The notes beneath the pieces are model-generated. The model did not search any database and was not told where the DNA came from. It saw only the letters and a list, made by a program, of their open reading frames with translations. DNA of 64,000 nt, taken from IMG/VR virus record IMGVR_UViG_3300008267_000030, positions 8,150 through 72,149 of that record; one strand, written 5' to 3'. The position numbers and the translations under genes were made by a program. Origin of the DNA: a virus. How positions within the stretch are numbered: position 1 is the first letter of the stretch; each line of letters opens with the position of its first letter. Shown piece after piece: positions 39,901 through 50,095 of this stretch.

Positions 39901-42224
39901 ATCATAAAGATTTGCCCGGCCAATAGTTCATTAACTGCATCCTTTGCTTTGATTGGATCGCCAGTTTTTGCAAGAACCTGGTCGTACATACCTCCCATCA
40001 TATCTGCAGTTTCTGCACCCCATGAGGCAAGTGTTGCCCCCATGATTTCGGTAGCCTTACCAACGCCTGCGCCCCTTAGTGCCATAACTGTTCCTGCGGC
40101 GCCTATGATTCCCGGAGTCATTCTTCCAAGCAGCATACCCGTATTCCCAGCCATTTTTGTGGCGTCAAACAGGTCCATCCAACTATCGTTTTTATAGTTG
40201 GCTAATTTGTAATTGCTTTCAATAATCTCGCCGAATCCCCTTAGTTGGTCTGAGCCAAAAATTATTCCAAAGTTTTTTAAGGATGACCCAAGGTTAGAAT
40301 AGGTTTGATCTAATAGATTGCTAAGAAATGAATTAGCCTGGTCCTTCTTAAACTTAGCCGCTTCTTTGGCTCCAACAATATCGTCTATCTCTTTTTCATA
40401 AACTTGAGTGCTTACCTTTTGAACCAACGACTCAAGCGCCGGGTCCATTTTGTATTTTTTCTTAAACTCATCAAACGCTGTTTTAATTTCTCCATCTGCA
40501 GAGGCAACTATTTCATCTCGCATTCGGATAAATTTTGCCTGCTTTCTTGAATTTAGTTGATTGACAGAGTTTGTATAGTTCTGCCAAGCAGTACCAAACT
40601 CTTTGCCATATTTCTTTACCGCAAACTGCGTAGTTTGTTCGCTAATTTTTTTGCGCCTTTCCTCGTTTTGCAGCATTTCATTGGCTTTTTCTACAGTCAA
40701 TTGACCGTTTTTAACCATCCCCTGCAACCGGTTAAAGTCTTGTTTTTCAAGACCTCTTTGATATTCTACAACCTCTGGATCATCAAATGCTTTTTTCTGT
40801 ATAGCCTCGAACTCCTTTGTGTAGGCGTCTTTTAGTGGCGCTCCTTCGTTTTTAGTTTCTGCATTTATATCTTGCAATAGTGCAGTTTGCTGAGCCTTGG
40901 CCCTGGCTTTAATACCTTCTGCCGCAGTAAACTTTGAAACAAAATCCTTTTTTAGGTCTTCCTGCAGATTGGCTGCAGTTACCTTTCCGGTTTTTGAATC
41001 TTTTAAGGTTTTTAATTTCCCATACTCCTCAGCAATCTTTTTTTCAATTGCCGGTTTTCTTTTTGCTAATTCTGGGGCAATATTTTTTTGAAAATCCGCT
41101 ATGCCCTGAATCCTGTTTTTAATCATGCTGTAGGCAAACCCATCTGTAGGTACGCCCATTTCGGCTGCAATAGTTTTTGCGACTTTGTCAACCTCCGCAA
41201 TATTATAACCAGTGTGTCCAGTTCCTGGATTGTATTGAAAAAACTTGTCTGCCCCATTCTTTTTTACAGCATCGCTTGCCAGTTTTTCAATTACCGGAGT
41301 GGTTGATTTAAGAGTAAGATTGTATTTCTGCCTTTTTAATTCATGCTCTTCAAGCAACTTTTTGCTTTCTGGGCTTACCGGAATCGCTTTTTCTTGTTCT
41401 GTTATTCCTTTAATAGACCTTGCAGCCGCAGCAGACCTTTCTCCAAGGTCTCCAAAACCAGTCTCCGGCGCTATTGCAATTTTTCTTTGTTCATCATACG
41501 CTCTTTTTTTATCGTCTATTTCTCTAAACGATTTAATTTCAGACTCATACTGCTGAAGCATTTTTGCTTCCTTAGTTGAACTTTTGCCTGCTTTAACTTC
41601 TGGCTTGCCAGTAATTCGGTCCCAGACATTTTTGGCTGTTTGGGCTATTTGTAAATTAGGCATTGCCATCATGCCCAATCCTTGCCACGCTTTTTCAAAA
41701 AACCCAGGCTCTTCTTCTTTTGGCGCTGGAGGCACTACGGGTTTTTGCTGAGTTTGCTCAACCGGAACCTGGGCCTGCTGTTCAGGAGTAGCAACTGGTT
41801 GAGTCTGTTCCACTGGCGTTTCTGCAGGTGCTTGCGCTGCCTCTTGAGGCGCAGGTTGCTCCTGCGGTGTTTCTGCTTGCGCTGGCTTAGGCTCATCCGG
41901 ACTTGTGTCCAGCAACATGGCTTTAAATTGCGCCTGATCTGATGGGAGGCCCTTGGCTTTGCCAGTTGATGAAACGGAAAGAAATATTTGCCTTGCGTTA
42001 TCGTCGCTTTTAGATATGTAATCCTTTAGCCACTTCTCGTCAACGCCCTTGTATCGCTCAGGAAACGAAGCATTAAGCAACTTGGCTATTTGAGCCAATC
42101 GCCTATCGCCCTTTGACCCAGGCCCACCGGCTATTTCTGTGGCCTCCGGAGACTCAATGGCCTCCGGGGTTTCAATTACTTCTGGCTGAATATATTCTTC
42201 ACCTATCATATTATTCAAACTCAA
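36987..42224 (-). CDS. large putative cargo/ejection protein (1745 aa)
   Basis: P/Q/E linker, long coiled coils, central G/A-rich hydrophobic region (…TEGVLQE…), acidic C-terminus. Confidence 0.6.
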   Translation of the reverse strand: MSLNNMIGEEYIQPEVIETPEAIESPEATEIAGGPGSKGDRRLAQIAKLLNASFPERYKGVDEKWLKDYISKSDDNARQIFLSVSSTGKAKGLPSDQAQFKAMLLDTSPDEPKPAQAETPQEQPAPQEAAQAPAETPVEQTQPVATPEQQAQVPVEQTQQKPVVPPAPKEEEPGFFEKAWQGLGMMAMPNLQIAQTAKNVWDRITGKPEVKAGKSSTKEAKMLQQYESEIKSFREIDDKKRAYDEQRKIAIAPETGFGDLGERSAAAARSIKGITEQEKAIPVSPESKKLLEEHELKRQKYNLTLKSTTPVIEKLASDAVKKNGADKFFQYNPGTGHTGYNIAEVDKVAKTIAAEMGVPTDGFAYSMIKNRIQGIADFQKNIAPELAKRKPAIEKKIAEEYGKLKTLKDSKTGKVTAANLQEDLKKDFVSKFTAAEGIKARAKAQQTALLQDINAETKNEGAPLKDAYTKEFEAIQKKAFDDPEVVEYQRGLEKQDFNRLQGMVKNGQLTVEKANEMLQNEERRKKISEQTTQFAVKKYGKEFGTAWQNYTNSVNQLNSRKQAKFIRMRDEIVASADGEIKTAFDEFKKKYKMDPALESLVQKVSTQVYEKEIDDIVGAKEAAKFKKDQANSFLSNLLDQTYSNLGSSLKNFGIIFGSDQLRGFGEIIESNYKLANYKNDSWMDLFDATKMAGNTGMLLGRMTPGIIGAAGTVMALRGAGVGKATEIMGATLASWGAETADMMGGMYDQVLAKTGDPIKAKDAVNELLAGQIFMMPTYTLEVLPFFNVMKGSTLTKALKSGSLEYFTEGVLQEFPQNAMEEVIANNDKFYNAYKAMNYEKFRETMVATAPSFFMGGAPAAFTGAREYTAKTMAEREAKSFLAKQSLLFNDVNMSQSFMDIQREKGKNFTGALVSNLFTGGKLSKEQADALAIQVDNFDKFQQMASKSKLTPLATKVGFLLLNQYENAEKEGRLEDAARYKELFNNVFQKGASPDLFAVTLLNGDEYFYTKEQAVKLFENDLFKEFIKKREIAFGGYFDNKKNPDYVEVQNLFNDALKQDLNQTPTDDRLKSRVEIATQTLEREINDLSSNPDLDKVEKEDLENYKKELALLKESPIAYFQSKQEEYQAEINKNTEKATDFQKTMLKFYSDIVNEFKTFGRRKGKAVTTKATTTAAATDVADEEVLVDDEEYSRFKNENKVDEERMLAFIDDYLNDVDFSTIPNIDQRYVEMYNHFLPEIKKRAEGLTDETEDKSVDDTIIWTDSTSGEKQEYTFGEMQELEKMFKDSYKEVNVKNLKVWFSLDDEKATQLLEAYNKAKEPKVESIPTPEVGQTVIIGGEKGTVIDEGAGKLAIETPTKTIEIPAGQTLQDLGAKLYTEPTQVQGKTAAERLKSKLQQRKDRAKKQVKVIDENTAMVNGKEFRINKDPKGNSIYLTDGKIEIRDENVLIDVDIQRHKLEVKETPEEQERQLQELYSELPPNRRTSVQAIIEKDMTDRIANLLENGITDQTDDTDFLQTRLWAEGRIAELREKESDNSYALDMIEELQNLLNTLWYEHYQKFGREPGAEGAGKVEQEDTGKKKTPGVQDTGKERRVANVGDELHDAVGEFGEGVESKMDAEKRLADGEILFGINEQDDSLTELFNEDLAAWPPDTIMAIRPEYLPGAIEEEAGKEEEAPEEEEVEETEWTRMDAALDATGKQGEKMRADLRAEIGDEKFSAMRKITKDFEKIVARLENDNKIKKDCP

Positions 42225-44115
42225 ATTCTTCTACTTGATTTGACCCTCCTTGCGCTGGCTGCATTGCTCCTCCAAGAGAATTTAAGGTAGCATTATTTTG
42301 AACTTTTTCGGCGTCTTCGATCAATTTTCGCACCTTTTCCTGGCCCATATTTCTTTGAGCAATTGTCTTAATACTACTGCCTGCTTTTGCAGGGTAATAT
42401 ATTGATGCTGGCAACCCAGGACTTCCAATGTTAATGGTTGTTGCGCCCTGGGTTGTTGTCATATTTCCTGATTTTGGGTCTATATTTCTGGTTTCTTTAG
42501 GCGCAGGCCCCACGGGTTTTTCTTGACCTGTAGGCAAATCAACTTTAAAATATGCGCTTGTTACAAATGAACCTGGAACACTTGCTAAGTCCTTTACTCC
42601 GCTAATTGCAACCTCCTCGCCACCTCGGCTTTTTACTTTAGTTGTGTATCCTTTGCTGTTTGCATACTTTATAAATTCTTCTGTCGAACGAATGTTTAAT
42701 TCTCCTCCGGTTCCAAATGAGCCATTTCTTGAAAAATAAGCATTTTTAAAATTTTTGCCCAGGTTTGGAAAAGCCTGATTTACATCTACCCTTTTCCCGC
42801 TTTTGTCATATACAATTATGCCACTTGGGTTTAAAGATGTCCTTGCAACAATTTTATAGGATTGATCCGCCCCTTGACTAATATTTTGGACATCCTTACC
42901 TATTGGACTCAACCTTCCATACTGATCCATGGTATAGGCCGTTCTTATATCAGGTTTTAAATTTGCCGCTTGCTCTCTGGTCATTTGCGCAGAAACTGTT
43001 GTTTCTTTACCTGATTGAGCATTATTGTGAGCCGGGCTTGTAATAATTTCTACCTGCGGAGTGCCTGCGTACTCAGCGTCTTCTTTTTCCATCTGCTCTC
43101 TGGTTGGAGCAACGTATTGTCTTATAGCCTCTGTGCCTTCTGACTTTGCAAAGAAATCCTCCCACCTTTTGCCTTGGCCGAAATATGGGAAGATAAACTC
43201 TTCCGCATTAATTTTATTCATTGCAGATTGTAACTTGGCCGGATCGGATGCATATTTTGTCTGCAACTTTGCAACTGCATCATCATAGTCTTTTTTAAAA
43301 TTAGGGTCTTTAAGTTTTTCCTCTCTATTGGCAACATATAATTGCTGCGTTGGAGTGCCAGGAGTAGTGTAATCGCCATAAAACCCATCAAAATCAAATC
43401 CGGTAATTTTGCCTGTTTTTGGATTTAATTGCCAATAAGCCTGAGCCTCTGCGCTGCTACCAGTTTTGTAAAGCCCGCTTGGGTCTTTTGCTACCTGAAC
43501 CTTGTTTTTCCTTTCGTTTGCTGTTTTTACAAATGCACTATTTATGTTTGATTGCTGAAGAGTTTTAAGTTGCTTTTTGGCATCGTCAACATCAGCCTGA
43601 ATATCAGTTTGCAGGTATTGTTTCGGGTCTAATTTACCGGTAGCATCTTTTGCCAAAAATCTCTGATATTGTTTTTGCTTGACATAATCAAGTAAAACTC
43701 CCGGGTCATAAACATTTTCCATGCCTTTCATGGCATTGGCTACCGCTTCCCTTGTTTCTTTGGCAAGAACTTGATATTGCTTTGCCTTTGACTCTAAATC
43801 TCCTGTTACGGCAAGTTTATTTGCTTCGGTAAGCATCCCCTGCTGCTTTAAGGTAAGCAGTTTTTTTATCGAGGGATTTATATCCTGGTTATTATAAATT
43901 TCTTGAAAGTAGTCTGCGTCTCCGGCTTTAAGTGTTAGAAGGTCTTTATCCTCCTGTGCTTTTTTGGCTTTCAGGGCGGCATCGGCCATAGCCTTTGCTT
44001 TCATGCCCATCATGTCCATTTGCATCATACGATTTTTAGTATCGTATGCCGTCTTTTCAACCGGTAGTTGGCCAACTGATATGGCGCTACCCATCCCCGG
44101 GGTGTATGTTTCCAT
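42211..44115 (-). CDS. putative cargo/ejection protein (634 aa)
   Basis: K/Q/A-rich, helical N-half; lies between the ring genes and the large cargo genes. Confidence 0.55.
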   Translation of the reverse strand: METYTPGMGSAISVGQLPVEKTAYDTKNRMMQMDMMGMKAKAMADAALKAKKAQEDKDLLTLKAGDADYFQEIYNNQDINPSIKKLLTLKQQGMLTEANKLAVTGDLESKAKQYQVLAKETREAVANAMKGMENVYDPGVLLDYVKQKQYQRFLAKDATGKLDPKQYLQTDIQADVDDAKKQLKTLQQSNINSAFVKTANERKNKVQVAKDPSGLYKTGSSAEAQAYWQLNPKTGKITGFDFDGFYGDYTTPGTPTQQLYVANREEKLKDPNFKKDYDDAVAKLQTKYASDPAKLQSAMNKINAEEFIFPYFGQGKRWEDFFAKSEGTEAIRQYVAPTREQMEKEDAEYAGTPQVEIITSPAHNNAQSGKETTVSAQMTREQAANLKPDIRTAYTMDQYGRLSPIGKDVQNISQGADQSYKIVARTSLNPSGIIVYDKSGKRVDVNQAFPNLGKNFKNAYFSRNGSFGTGGELNIRSTEEFIKYANSKGYTTKVKSRGGEEVAISGVKDLASVPGSFVTSAYFKVDLPTGQEKPVGPAPKETRNIDPKSGNMTTTQGATTINIGSPGLPASIYYPAKAGSSIKTIAQRNMGQEKVRKLIEDAEKVQNNATLNSLGGAMQPAQGGSNQVEEFEFE

Positions 44116-44828
44116 TAGTACATTACTCGTCTAAAGTCCGAAATTATTTCTTGAGCAGAAGGGGCTACCCTTTGCCTCATTTTACTTATCTCGGCATCAA
44201 GACGCTGCTCATACAATGCCGTTTCTGTTCTTTTGCTTGGCGTATGACACGAAATCCAAAACATCATGTGAGCCATAAGGGCTGTTTGGAAGAACGGATG
44301 AATAAGTATTCCGCACGAAACGTCCACGCAGTCCGCCAGATATTCCATGTAAAAATTTGGAATCTTAACCATTGGGTCCAATTTGATCTGGCGCTCTTTG
44401 TAGTCTATCTGCCAGGTAGGAATATAATTCCTTGGTATAAACATTGGACTGTCCGGATAGTTGCTTGCTGGCCACGGAAATGGAATTGCAACGGAATCAA
44501 GAACAGTTGGAATAGAAACGACATTACCGTTTAGCGCAAGATTTTCGCTTTTGGCCAAAGGAGCAATTTGACTTCCAACCTGATACCCCATTTTCATCCA
44601 GTCGATAAAATCGTTTGGAAACGTAATGGTTTTATTTGGGTTGATTTTGCCCTGAAATAATTTTATTGTGTGAAACGTATCGTTATTTAAATCACGCAGA
44701 AAATCTTCTGCGTAATCATACAGCCTATCCTCGTCATCTTCTGGCAAACGCATTTGCCGCATCACTTTAGCGACAATACTTTCCAGATTCTGCGTAAACT
44801 TTACATCCGGAATATTGTTGTTCATCAT
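44115..44828 (-). CDS. tail ring/adaptor protein (crAss ring-like)
   Basis: TITFPNDFIDWMKMG and FYMEYLAD...ILIHPFFQTALMAH motifs, as in tail tubular/ring proteins. Confidence 0.6.
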   Translation of the reverse strand: MMNNNIPDVKFTQNLESIVAKVMRQMRLPEDDEDRLYDYAEDFLRDLNNDTFHTIKLFQGKINPNKTITFPNDFIDWMKMGYQVGSQIAPLAKSENLALNGNVVSIPTVLDSVAIPFPWPASNYPDSPMFIPRNYIPTWQIDYKERQIKLDPMVKIPNFYMEYLADCVDVSCGILIHPFFQTALMAHMMFWISCHTPSKRTETALYEQRLDAEISKMRQRVAPSAQEIISDFRRVMY

Positions 44829-45481
44829 GAGATTCTTTCAGATTGGTCTGGGTTTCCGTCTTTTATTTCTGGCCTGCGGAATAATTTAATCACCTCTGAA
44901 ATAACAATGTATTCAGTTGCCTCGTCCAAATTTGTGCTGTCCGCAATCATGCAGTAAATGTTAGCCTTATCTATTTTCGGCAATTCCTTAAAGCATTTTG
45001 TGTTTATCAGAATTTTTTTTCCGATCCAGGTCCAGTAGTAATCGTTTGCCACGGCCCGCATAAAACTTGACTTTGTCCTGTCTGTAGGCTGCAGCCTGGT
45101 CATTTTCTTTTCAGGATTTTTATCGCCCGAATAGGTTACCATGTACACGCCCCTTGACTTCGGCAAATTCATTACCTTTTGTGGTAATGTTGCCTCCTTG
45201 GTAAACTTGTCTGCGTTGTACGGCGTTAAAACAACATCGTAAAAAGGGACAATAAAGTTGGCTGTGTTGTGCCACTGCTGTTCCAGTTTATACTTTTCAA
45301 GCATATCCCGGTTTGCATAGTACGCCGCTATTTGCCTTACCCTTAATTCAACCTCCCTTAACTTTGGAACGCTTTCTACGGCGCCACCAGTAATCATACG
45401 CCAGCACTGCTCAGCAAGCCTTGAAACCGTAATTTCCGGCTGAGGTGCAATAGTAATTGGTGGTTGTTGTACGAATGCCAT
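44825..45481 (-). CDS. tail ring/adaptor protein
   Basis: About 220 aa, one of three similar-sized genes after TerL. Confidence 0.5.
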   Translation of the reverse strand: MAFVQQPPITIAPQPEITVSRLAEQCWRMITGGAVESVPKLREVELRVRQIAAYYANRDMLEKYKLEQQWHNTANFIVPFYDVVLTPYNADKFTKEATLPQKVMNLPKSRGVYMVTYSGDKNPEKKMTRLQPTDRTKSSFMRAVANDYYWTWIGKKILINTKCFKELPKIDKANIYCMIADSTNLDEATEYIVISEVIKLFRRPEIKDGNPDQSERIS

Positions 45482-45483
45482 GA

Positions 45484-46173
45484 TTATAATGATTGGATTC
45501 TTTGCTGCCCTGCAGCCTGAATAAGGGCCGGAGCCATAATCTCAATACCAAACATACCCAGAATAAGATATACTAAACTGTCGTATGCTCTTTGATTCCA
45601 TAGAGTTGGAGTTGTTGTTTGAGGATTTATGTTCTGGGTGTTTGAAACAAACTTGACCGTAATCTCCGGGTCTCCTGCAATTACCAGTGCCGTAACGCCA
45701 TCTTTTGGGAATGGCCAAACTCTGATCCTGCCACTGCCCACATCCTGACCATAAGGCTCAGTCTCAACCGGAAAGTTAATTTGACTGCGCAGATATAGGT
45801 TTAATTGATTCTCTGGCGGAAAGTGAATTGAATATCCAAATGCCTGCCAGTCCTCGTATTTAAATATCTGTCTTTTTGCTGCATCAAACGGCGTTTCATC
45901 TGGAACCCAAATGTCGCTTCCATTGTTCGTGTACGCTATTGAGGCTCTAAAAGCCGACAGCAAATTATCAATGTCGGATGTAGTTTGAGACGAAAATGTT
46001 GCGCTCGGTCTTTGGTCTTTGTACTGATATATTGGGCCAATCAGCATATTAAGCAACTGGTCCGATGCAACCCGAAAATTACTTTGCAGTTCATACGCCG
46101 TAGCATACTGGTCAGTCCTTGTTCGGAGCATGGTCTGAACCCTGGTAAGTACCTCTGCCGTGCCGTTAGCCAT
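45484..46173 (-). CDS. tail ring/adaptor protein
   Basis: LLSAF, IRVWP, LVYLILGMFGI pattern; position. Confidence 0.55.
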   Translation of the reverse strand: MANGTAEVLTRVQTMLRTRTDQYATAYELQSNFRVASDQLLNMLIGPIYQYKDQRPSATFSSQTTSDIDNLLSAFRASIAYTNNGSDIWVPDETPFDAAKRQIFKYEDWQAFGYSIHFPPENQLNLYLRSQINFPVETEPYGQDVGSGRIRVWPFPKDGVTALVIAGDPEITVKFVSNTQNINPQTTTPTLWNQRAYDSLVYLILGMFGIEIMAPALIQAAGQQRIQSL

Positions 46174-46177
46174 ACAG

Positions 46178-46185
46178 CAAAAGTA
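46178..46185 (-). promoter_or_regulatory. Bacteroidota -7 element (TACTTTTG) at the head of the ring/cargo block
   Basis: TAnnTTTG only 4 nt upstream of the ATG at 46173, so the transcript would be essentially leaderless; tentative. Confidence 0.45.
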
Positions 46186-46194
46186 AATCTTTTT

Positions 46195-48543
46195 TTATTT
46201 TTTCAATACCGCATCCAAAAAGTCATCGCTTATAGTGCTTTCAGTTTCATGGTAATACATTTTATCGTATAATCTATTTTCCATAAGCACAAGGCCCGGC
46301 AGCGTACTCATGGTCAAATCGTACTTTGTCCTGTTTACCGGGTCGAAATCGAGCATATCTTTAGCCAGACTTAAAAACGGGAACCGGTCCATTTCTATGT
46401 CAACATCGTAATAGTACCCACGCAAATAATCATCCCGGCCATTTAGAAACCTTGCAAGCGTCTGAATGCAGATAGAGGCGTTTGCTCCCATGTTAATACC
46501 ATACGACCCTACCCTTTCGCTTTTGCGCTCTTCTGGAGGGAAAAAATCATTTGTCGGAACCAGAAATGCCTCCAATCCCCGGCGCTTAAAGTGCGGGGTC
46601 AGTCCGTCTTTGTTGTTTTCGTGGGCCATTTCAACCCCGAAATAAATAGACGCCATAACCATATCTTCATAGAACTCGTCTATGTCCATCGGCCTTGCGT
46701 GATACTGCAGGAAAAATGATGGCGTTGGATAGTAACCGTCTCGAATTTCCCCGGGCGATTCTCTGCTGAACTTTGTCTTCTCGTTACGTTCATCAAAAAA
46801 GAAAATGCCATGAGCCGCTCCTTTTGAGCCGTGTCGTTTATCAATTACAATTCCCTTTTCGTATGGGTCAACCGATATTACACCTTTGTTTACGTTCAGT
46901 GGCTCAGCCTCTTTGCCCAACCAATTAACTCGGTTTGCCTCGTTGTGCCAGTCATTGTGAAGAAAGTTTGTAACAAATTTGCCGCTGGCTGGGTTATCTA
47001 TCCATATTACCTGTTTCTTTACACGGCTTTCCAGGTACTGAAAATCTCCCCTTCTTACCGACTGACTCCTGTAACTGCTGCTTTGCAGCCTGCTTATTAG
47101 GTTGTGCAGCCTTTGGGTGTTGAACACCTGCTTGCCGCTGGTCGGCATGAATATATCCTCCAGTTTCCTCGGGTGCGCCCGCAGGAACTTTGTGTATAAG
47201 TCCCACTTGCCATGTTGAATATATTGGTCAAGAGACTCTTGGATGTGCCTTCTGGAGCCTTTTAGCGGATGGCCTGGATACTTGTCAAGCAGGTAATCAA
47301 TAACGTGCTTTTCGGTCGGGTCATCAATAATGCTTTCCCCATGCGGGCCGATAAACATTTCAAGACCGTCTTCGGCGGAAGTAAAGTAGAATCTAAAACC
47401 AGACACAGTTCTTTTTGTTACTGCGCTGTACGTCTCCCGGTAACTGTCCTCAATAAACTTTTTATACTGCGTACCGCCCTTTTCCATGTCTTCCACGGTT
47501 GTTGGGATGTACAGCAATCCTATTCGCTTTCCTCCTGCGCCCAGGGTTATACAATATTTCAATACGGACAACAGCGCCTCCAGGTCTATTTCGTACTTAC
47601 CGGTTTCGTCTATCAGCGCAAAACGCAACTTCTTACCGTTGTATGCCTGAATAGTGTTTGGCTTGTAGTTTATCAAACTGCCAGTACCCTGAATGCGCCC
47701 AGTCTTCTTGTTCTTGTAAGATAGCGTAACAGAGTTTGCGTCTGGGGCAACTTCCTTGGGGCCTCTTAGCCAGATCGGCAAATCGTTGAATGGGGCAACA
47801 AAAAATTGCTGAAACTCTTCTTTTGCCTTGCTACCATCATCAGCCATGTATCCCGTGTTGTGCTTTAAGCCCTTCCTGGCATACAGGTAGTTCATAGCAA
47901 ACCCTCTCATGGACGCTCCCTTCCGTCGAAACTTTGGCTCAGTAACGCCGTACTCGGTTTCGTTTATCTCAACGTCTCTCCAGAAAAACCAGAACCTGCG
48001 GTCTGCATCCCGATACTCTTTCAATCCATCGTCTGTCTCTGCGCCTATGTTCCAGTAGTTCAACTCAAAATAATGAAACCCATGTATCCAAGTCAGAACG
48101 CCATTGTTGAAGAACCAGTAGCCGTCAATCCAGATTCTGTCCTCCTCACGCTCTTTGAATTGCTGTTGACGCTTGTCGAGAACAATGTCTATAACAGAAT
48201 TTTTTGCGTCAAAGACTTTTTGAATAGCGTCATCAGACATCCATTCTGGTATCTGGGTCTTTCTGAACTTTTGCTCTATCGGGTTTTTTATGTCATACCC
48301 ATCAACCCTGCGCAAGTCTTTTGGAATTGGAGGCGTAAGGCATTCGTATCCCATTATATCCTCCGCAATGCATCCGTCTTTAATATACTGCCCAGGAAGT
48401 AATTTTATTTCAAACTGCTCAACCTTGATCGGGGCATCAACTTTTAAGTCAACCTTGACTGCCTTCTGCCGTTTTTTGCGTGGCTTTACCTCAATTTCGT
48501 ATGGCCTTTCAAATACAGGTTTTTCAATTTTTAGTATGTCCAT
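46195..48543 (-). CDS. terL: terminase large subunit (crAss-like)
   Basis: Walker A-like PKFRRKGAS, Walker B LIDETGK, nuclease SVDPY, HENNK, YDLTMS; GFHYFELNYW. Confidence 0.9.
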   Translation of the reverse strand: MDILKIEKPVFERPYEIEVKPRKKRQKAVKVDLKVDAPIKVEQFEIKLLPGQYIKDGCIAEDIMGYECLTPPIPKDLRRVDGYDIKNPIEQKFRKTQIPEWMSDDAIQKVFDAKNSVIDIVLDKRQQQFKEREEDRIWIDGYWFFNNGVLTWIHGFHYFELNYWNIGAETDDGLKEYRDADRRFWFFWRDVEINETEYGVTEPKFRRKGASMRGFAMNYLYARKGLKHNTGYMADDGSKAKEEFQQFFVAPFNDLPIWLRGPKEVAPDANSVTLSYKNKKTGRIQGTGSLINYKPNTIQAYNGKKLRFALIDETGKYEIDLEALLSVLKYCITLGAGGKRIGLLYIPTTVEDMEKGGTQYKKFIEDSYRETYSAVTKRTVSGFRFYFTSAEDGLEMFIGPHGESIIDDPTEKHVIDYLLDKYPGHPLKGSRRHIQESLDQYIQHGKWDLYTKFLRAHPRKLEDIFMPTSGKQVFNTQRLHNLISRLQSSSYRSQSVRRGDFQYLESRVKKQVIWIDNPASGKFVTNFLHNDWHNEANRVNWLGKEAEPLNVNKGVISVDPYEKGIVIDKRHGSKGAAHGIFFFDERNEKTKFSRESPGEIRDGYYPTPSFFLQYHARPMDIDEFYEDMVMASIYFGVEMAHENNKDGLTPHFKRRGLEAFLVPTNDFFPPEERKSERVGSYGINMGANASICIQTLARFLNGRDDYLRGYYYDVDIEMDRFPFLSLAKDMLDFDPVNRTKYDLTMSTLPGLVLMENRLYDKMYYHETESTISDDFLDAVLKK

Positions 48544-48544
48544 A

Positions 48545-50095
48545 CTATTTTATTTGGTATGTCCGAGGCATTGTAAGTTCTTTCTCAAACACTGTTGCCT
48601 CTGTTTCTGTGGCCAACCAATTTAGCATGAACTGCTCGATGTGTTCATACACCGCCGTTTGCTTATAAATTGCCCGGTCAACAACTGGCCCAGGTTCGTA
48701 AAAAGTTAAATTTAGCGATTTTATAGTTTCGATCCAATCGCTTACGCCCTCGAACACTTCGGTTGGCTCAAATATTGTCTCCCATTTTTGGCTTACCTTA
48801 CTAAACAATTCTTCGTAATTTGTAAGTATTACAGATGAAATTCTGTGGTATCCAGCGAAACAAAGGCAAGACATCCACTTGCACGGATCAAGCGCAAAAC
48901 TGACAATCAATTCGATTTCCAGGTTCGGGGTGTAGTGATGAACCGTTCCAAGAAAACCTTGAAGCATTTTTGCTTCATCAATGTTTTTTATTTCGACTCT
49001 TAACTTGTCTGCCCAGAAATTTTTGTAATGCCGGTAAACAAAATAGTAAATGCTGCGGTCTGGCTTAATTGGGATGGATGCAATTGGCGTTGCTATATCC
49101 ACGTTTTTGCAGGCTTCTGTCATTTCATCCATAGCCTTGCAATAATCATCGGGGTTGTCTATCCGGTCTTTTGGCCACAAGCCTATTGACGCCGCAAGTC
49201 CCATCCCGACTTTATTTTTGTTCTGGAACTCCAAACCCATGTTGTTTACATACTTGAAGTCCTGGTCGATGTGATAGGCGTCCTTTGATTTGTTGTACCG
49301 ATGGTTTTTGTTTTTCCCGTATCTGGCAAGAAGAAAGGCGGCAAGGTTGGGATTGTTAGACTTAACCAAAATGTCTGGGTTGCAAAACAATTTACTGCAG
49401 GTCATTATGGTTTCGTCGTAGGAAATAGGCGTTCCGTTTACCATTGCTGGGCTTAGCCTTACTTTGTTTCCTTCTGCAAGCACTTTCTTTTCGCTTACAA
49501 TTACAGCCTGCCTGGGGAATACAGACTTCTGCACCAAAGCCATGTCGTGAGCCTTCTCACGCATTACCTCAATAACCTTAACCAGATCGTATGGGTTAGT
49601 GTAGGATTGCTGGTATAGAGTATTAGGCATAGGCTTAATTGCCTTTTCGGAAACAAACTCAACAAAAGGTATTTCGCAATTGCTCCCGGAAAACACAATT
49701 ATTTTTCCGTATGCGCTTGTTTCTCCAATGGCATCTGAATGCCTTTCTCCGGGCATTATTGTAAACCTATGTTTTAACGAGGCAAAATCATCGCCTACAA
49801 AAACACTGATTTCTCCATTCGTTTCGCTGTGGTTTATTCTCAGGATAGTTGCCTTCCGTCCCAGTTCAATTGCTATGTATCCAGCATCCAAAAACATCCC
49901 TTTGTTTTTACCAGGAGACTTTGAAACAGAATCGTGATGATAGCAATGCCGGAAACACTCCTGGACATCTCCTATTGCATCGATCCAAAAAACCTGGTCT
50001 GGGTGCAGGTAAACTTTTTTTTGAGGCGCACTTGATTCGTACTTGTCCCTTTCTCTTACCGTTGGTGCATAAACACCAGTGCGCCTACTTTTCAT
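48545..50095 (-). CDS. hypothetical protein (516 aa)
   Basis: Long ORF tightly coupled to both neighbours; no motif recognised. Confidence 0.7.
   Translation of the reverse strand: MKSRRTGVYAPTVRERDKYESSAPQKKVYLHPDQVFWIDAIGDVQECFRHCYHHDSVSKSPGKNKGMFLDAGYIAIELGRKATILRINHSETNGEISVFVGDDFASLKHRFTIMPGERHSDAIGETSAYGKIIVFSGSNCEIPFVEFVSEKAIKPMPNTLYQQSYTNPYDLVKVIEVMREKAHDMALVQKSVFPRQAVIVSEKKVLAEGNKVRLSPAMVNGTPISYDETIMTCSKLFCNPDILVKSNNPNLAAFLLARYGKNKNHRYNKSKDAYHIDQDFKYVNNMGLEFQNKNKVGMGLAASIGLWPKDRIDNPDDYCKAMDEMTEACKNVDIATPIASIPIKPDRSIYYFVYRHYKNFWADKLRVEIKNIDEAKMLQGFLGTVHHYTPNLEIELIVSFALDPCKWMSCLCFAGYHRISSVILTNYEELFSKVSQKWETIFEPTEVFEGVSDWIETIKSLNLTFYEPGPVVDRAIYKQTAVYEHIEQFMLNWLATETEATVFEKELTMPRTYQIK

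Noticed and set aside
41740-41900. P/Q/E/A-rich repetitive stretch (similar at 17360-17480)
   Set aside because: Low-complexity protein linkers, not DNA-level repeat elements.
43375-43400. DFDGF in the 634-aa protein as a possible RNAP catalytic loop
   Set aside because: It lacks the third Asp (DxDxD) and any RNAP-like context.
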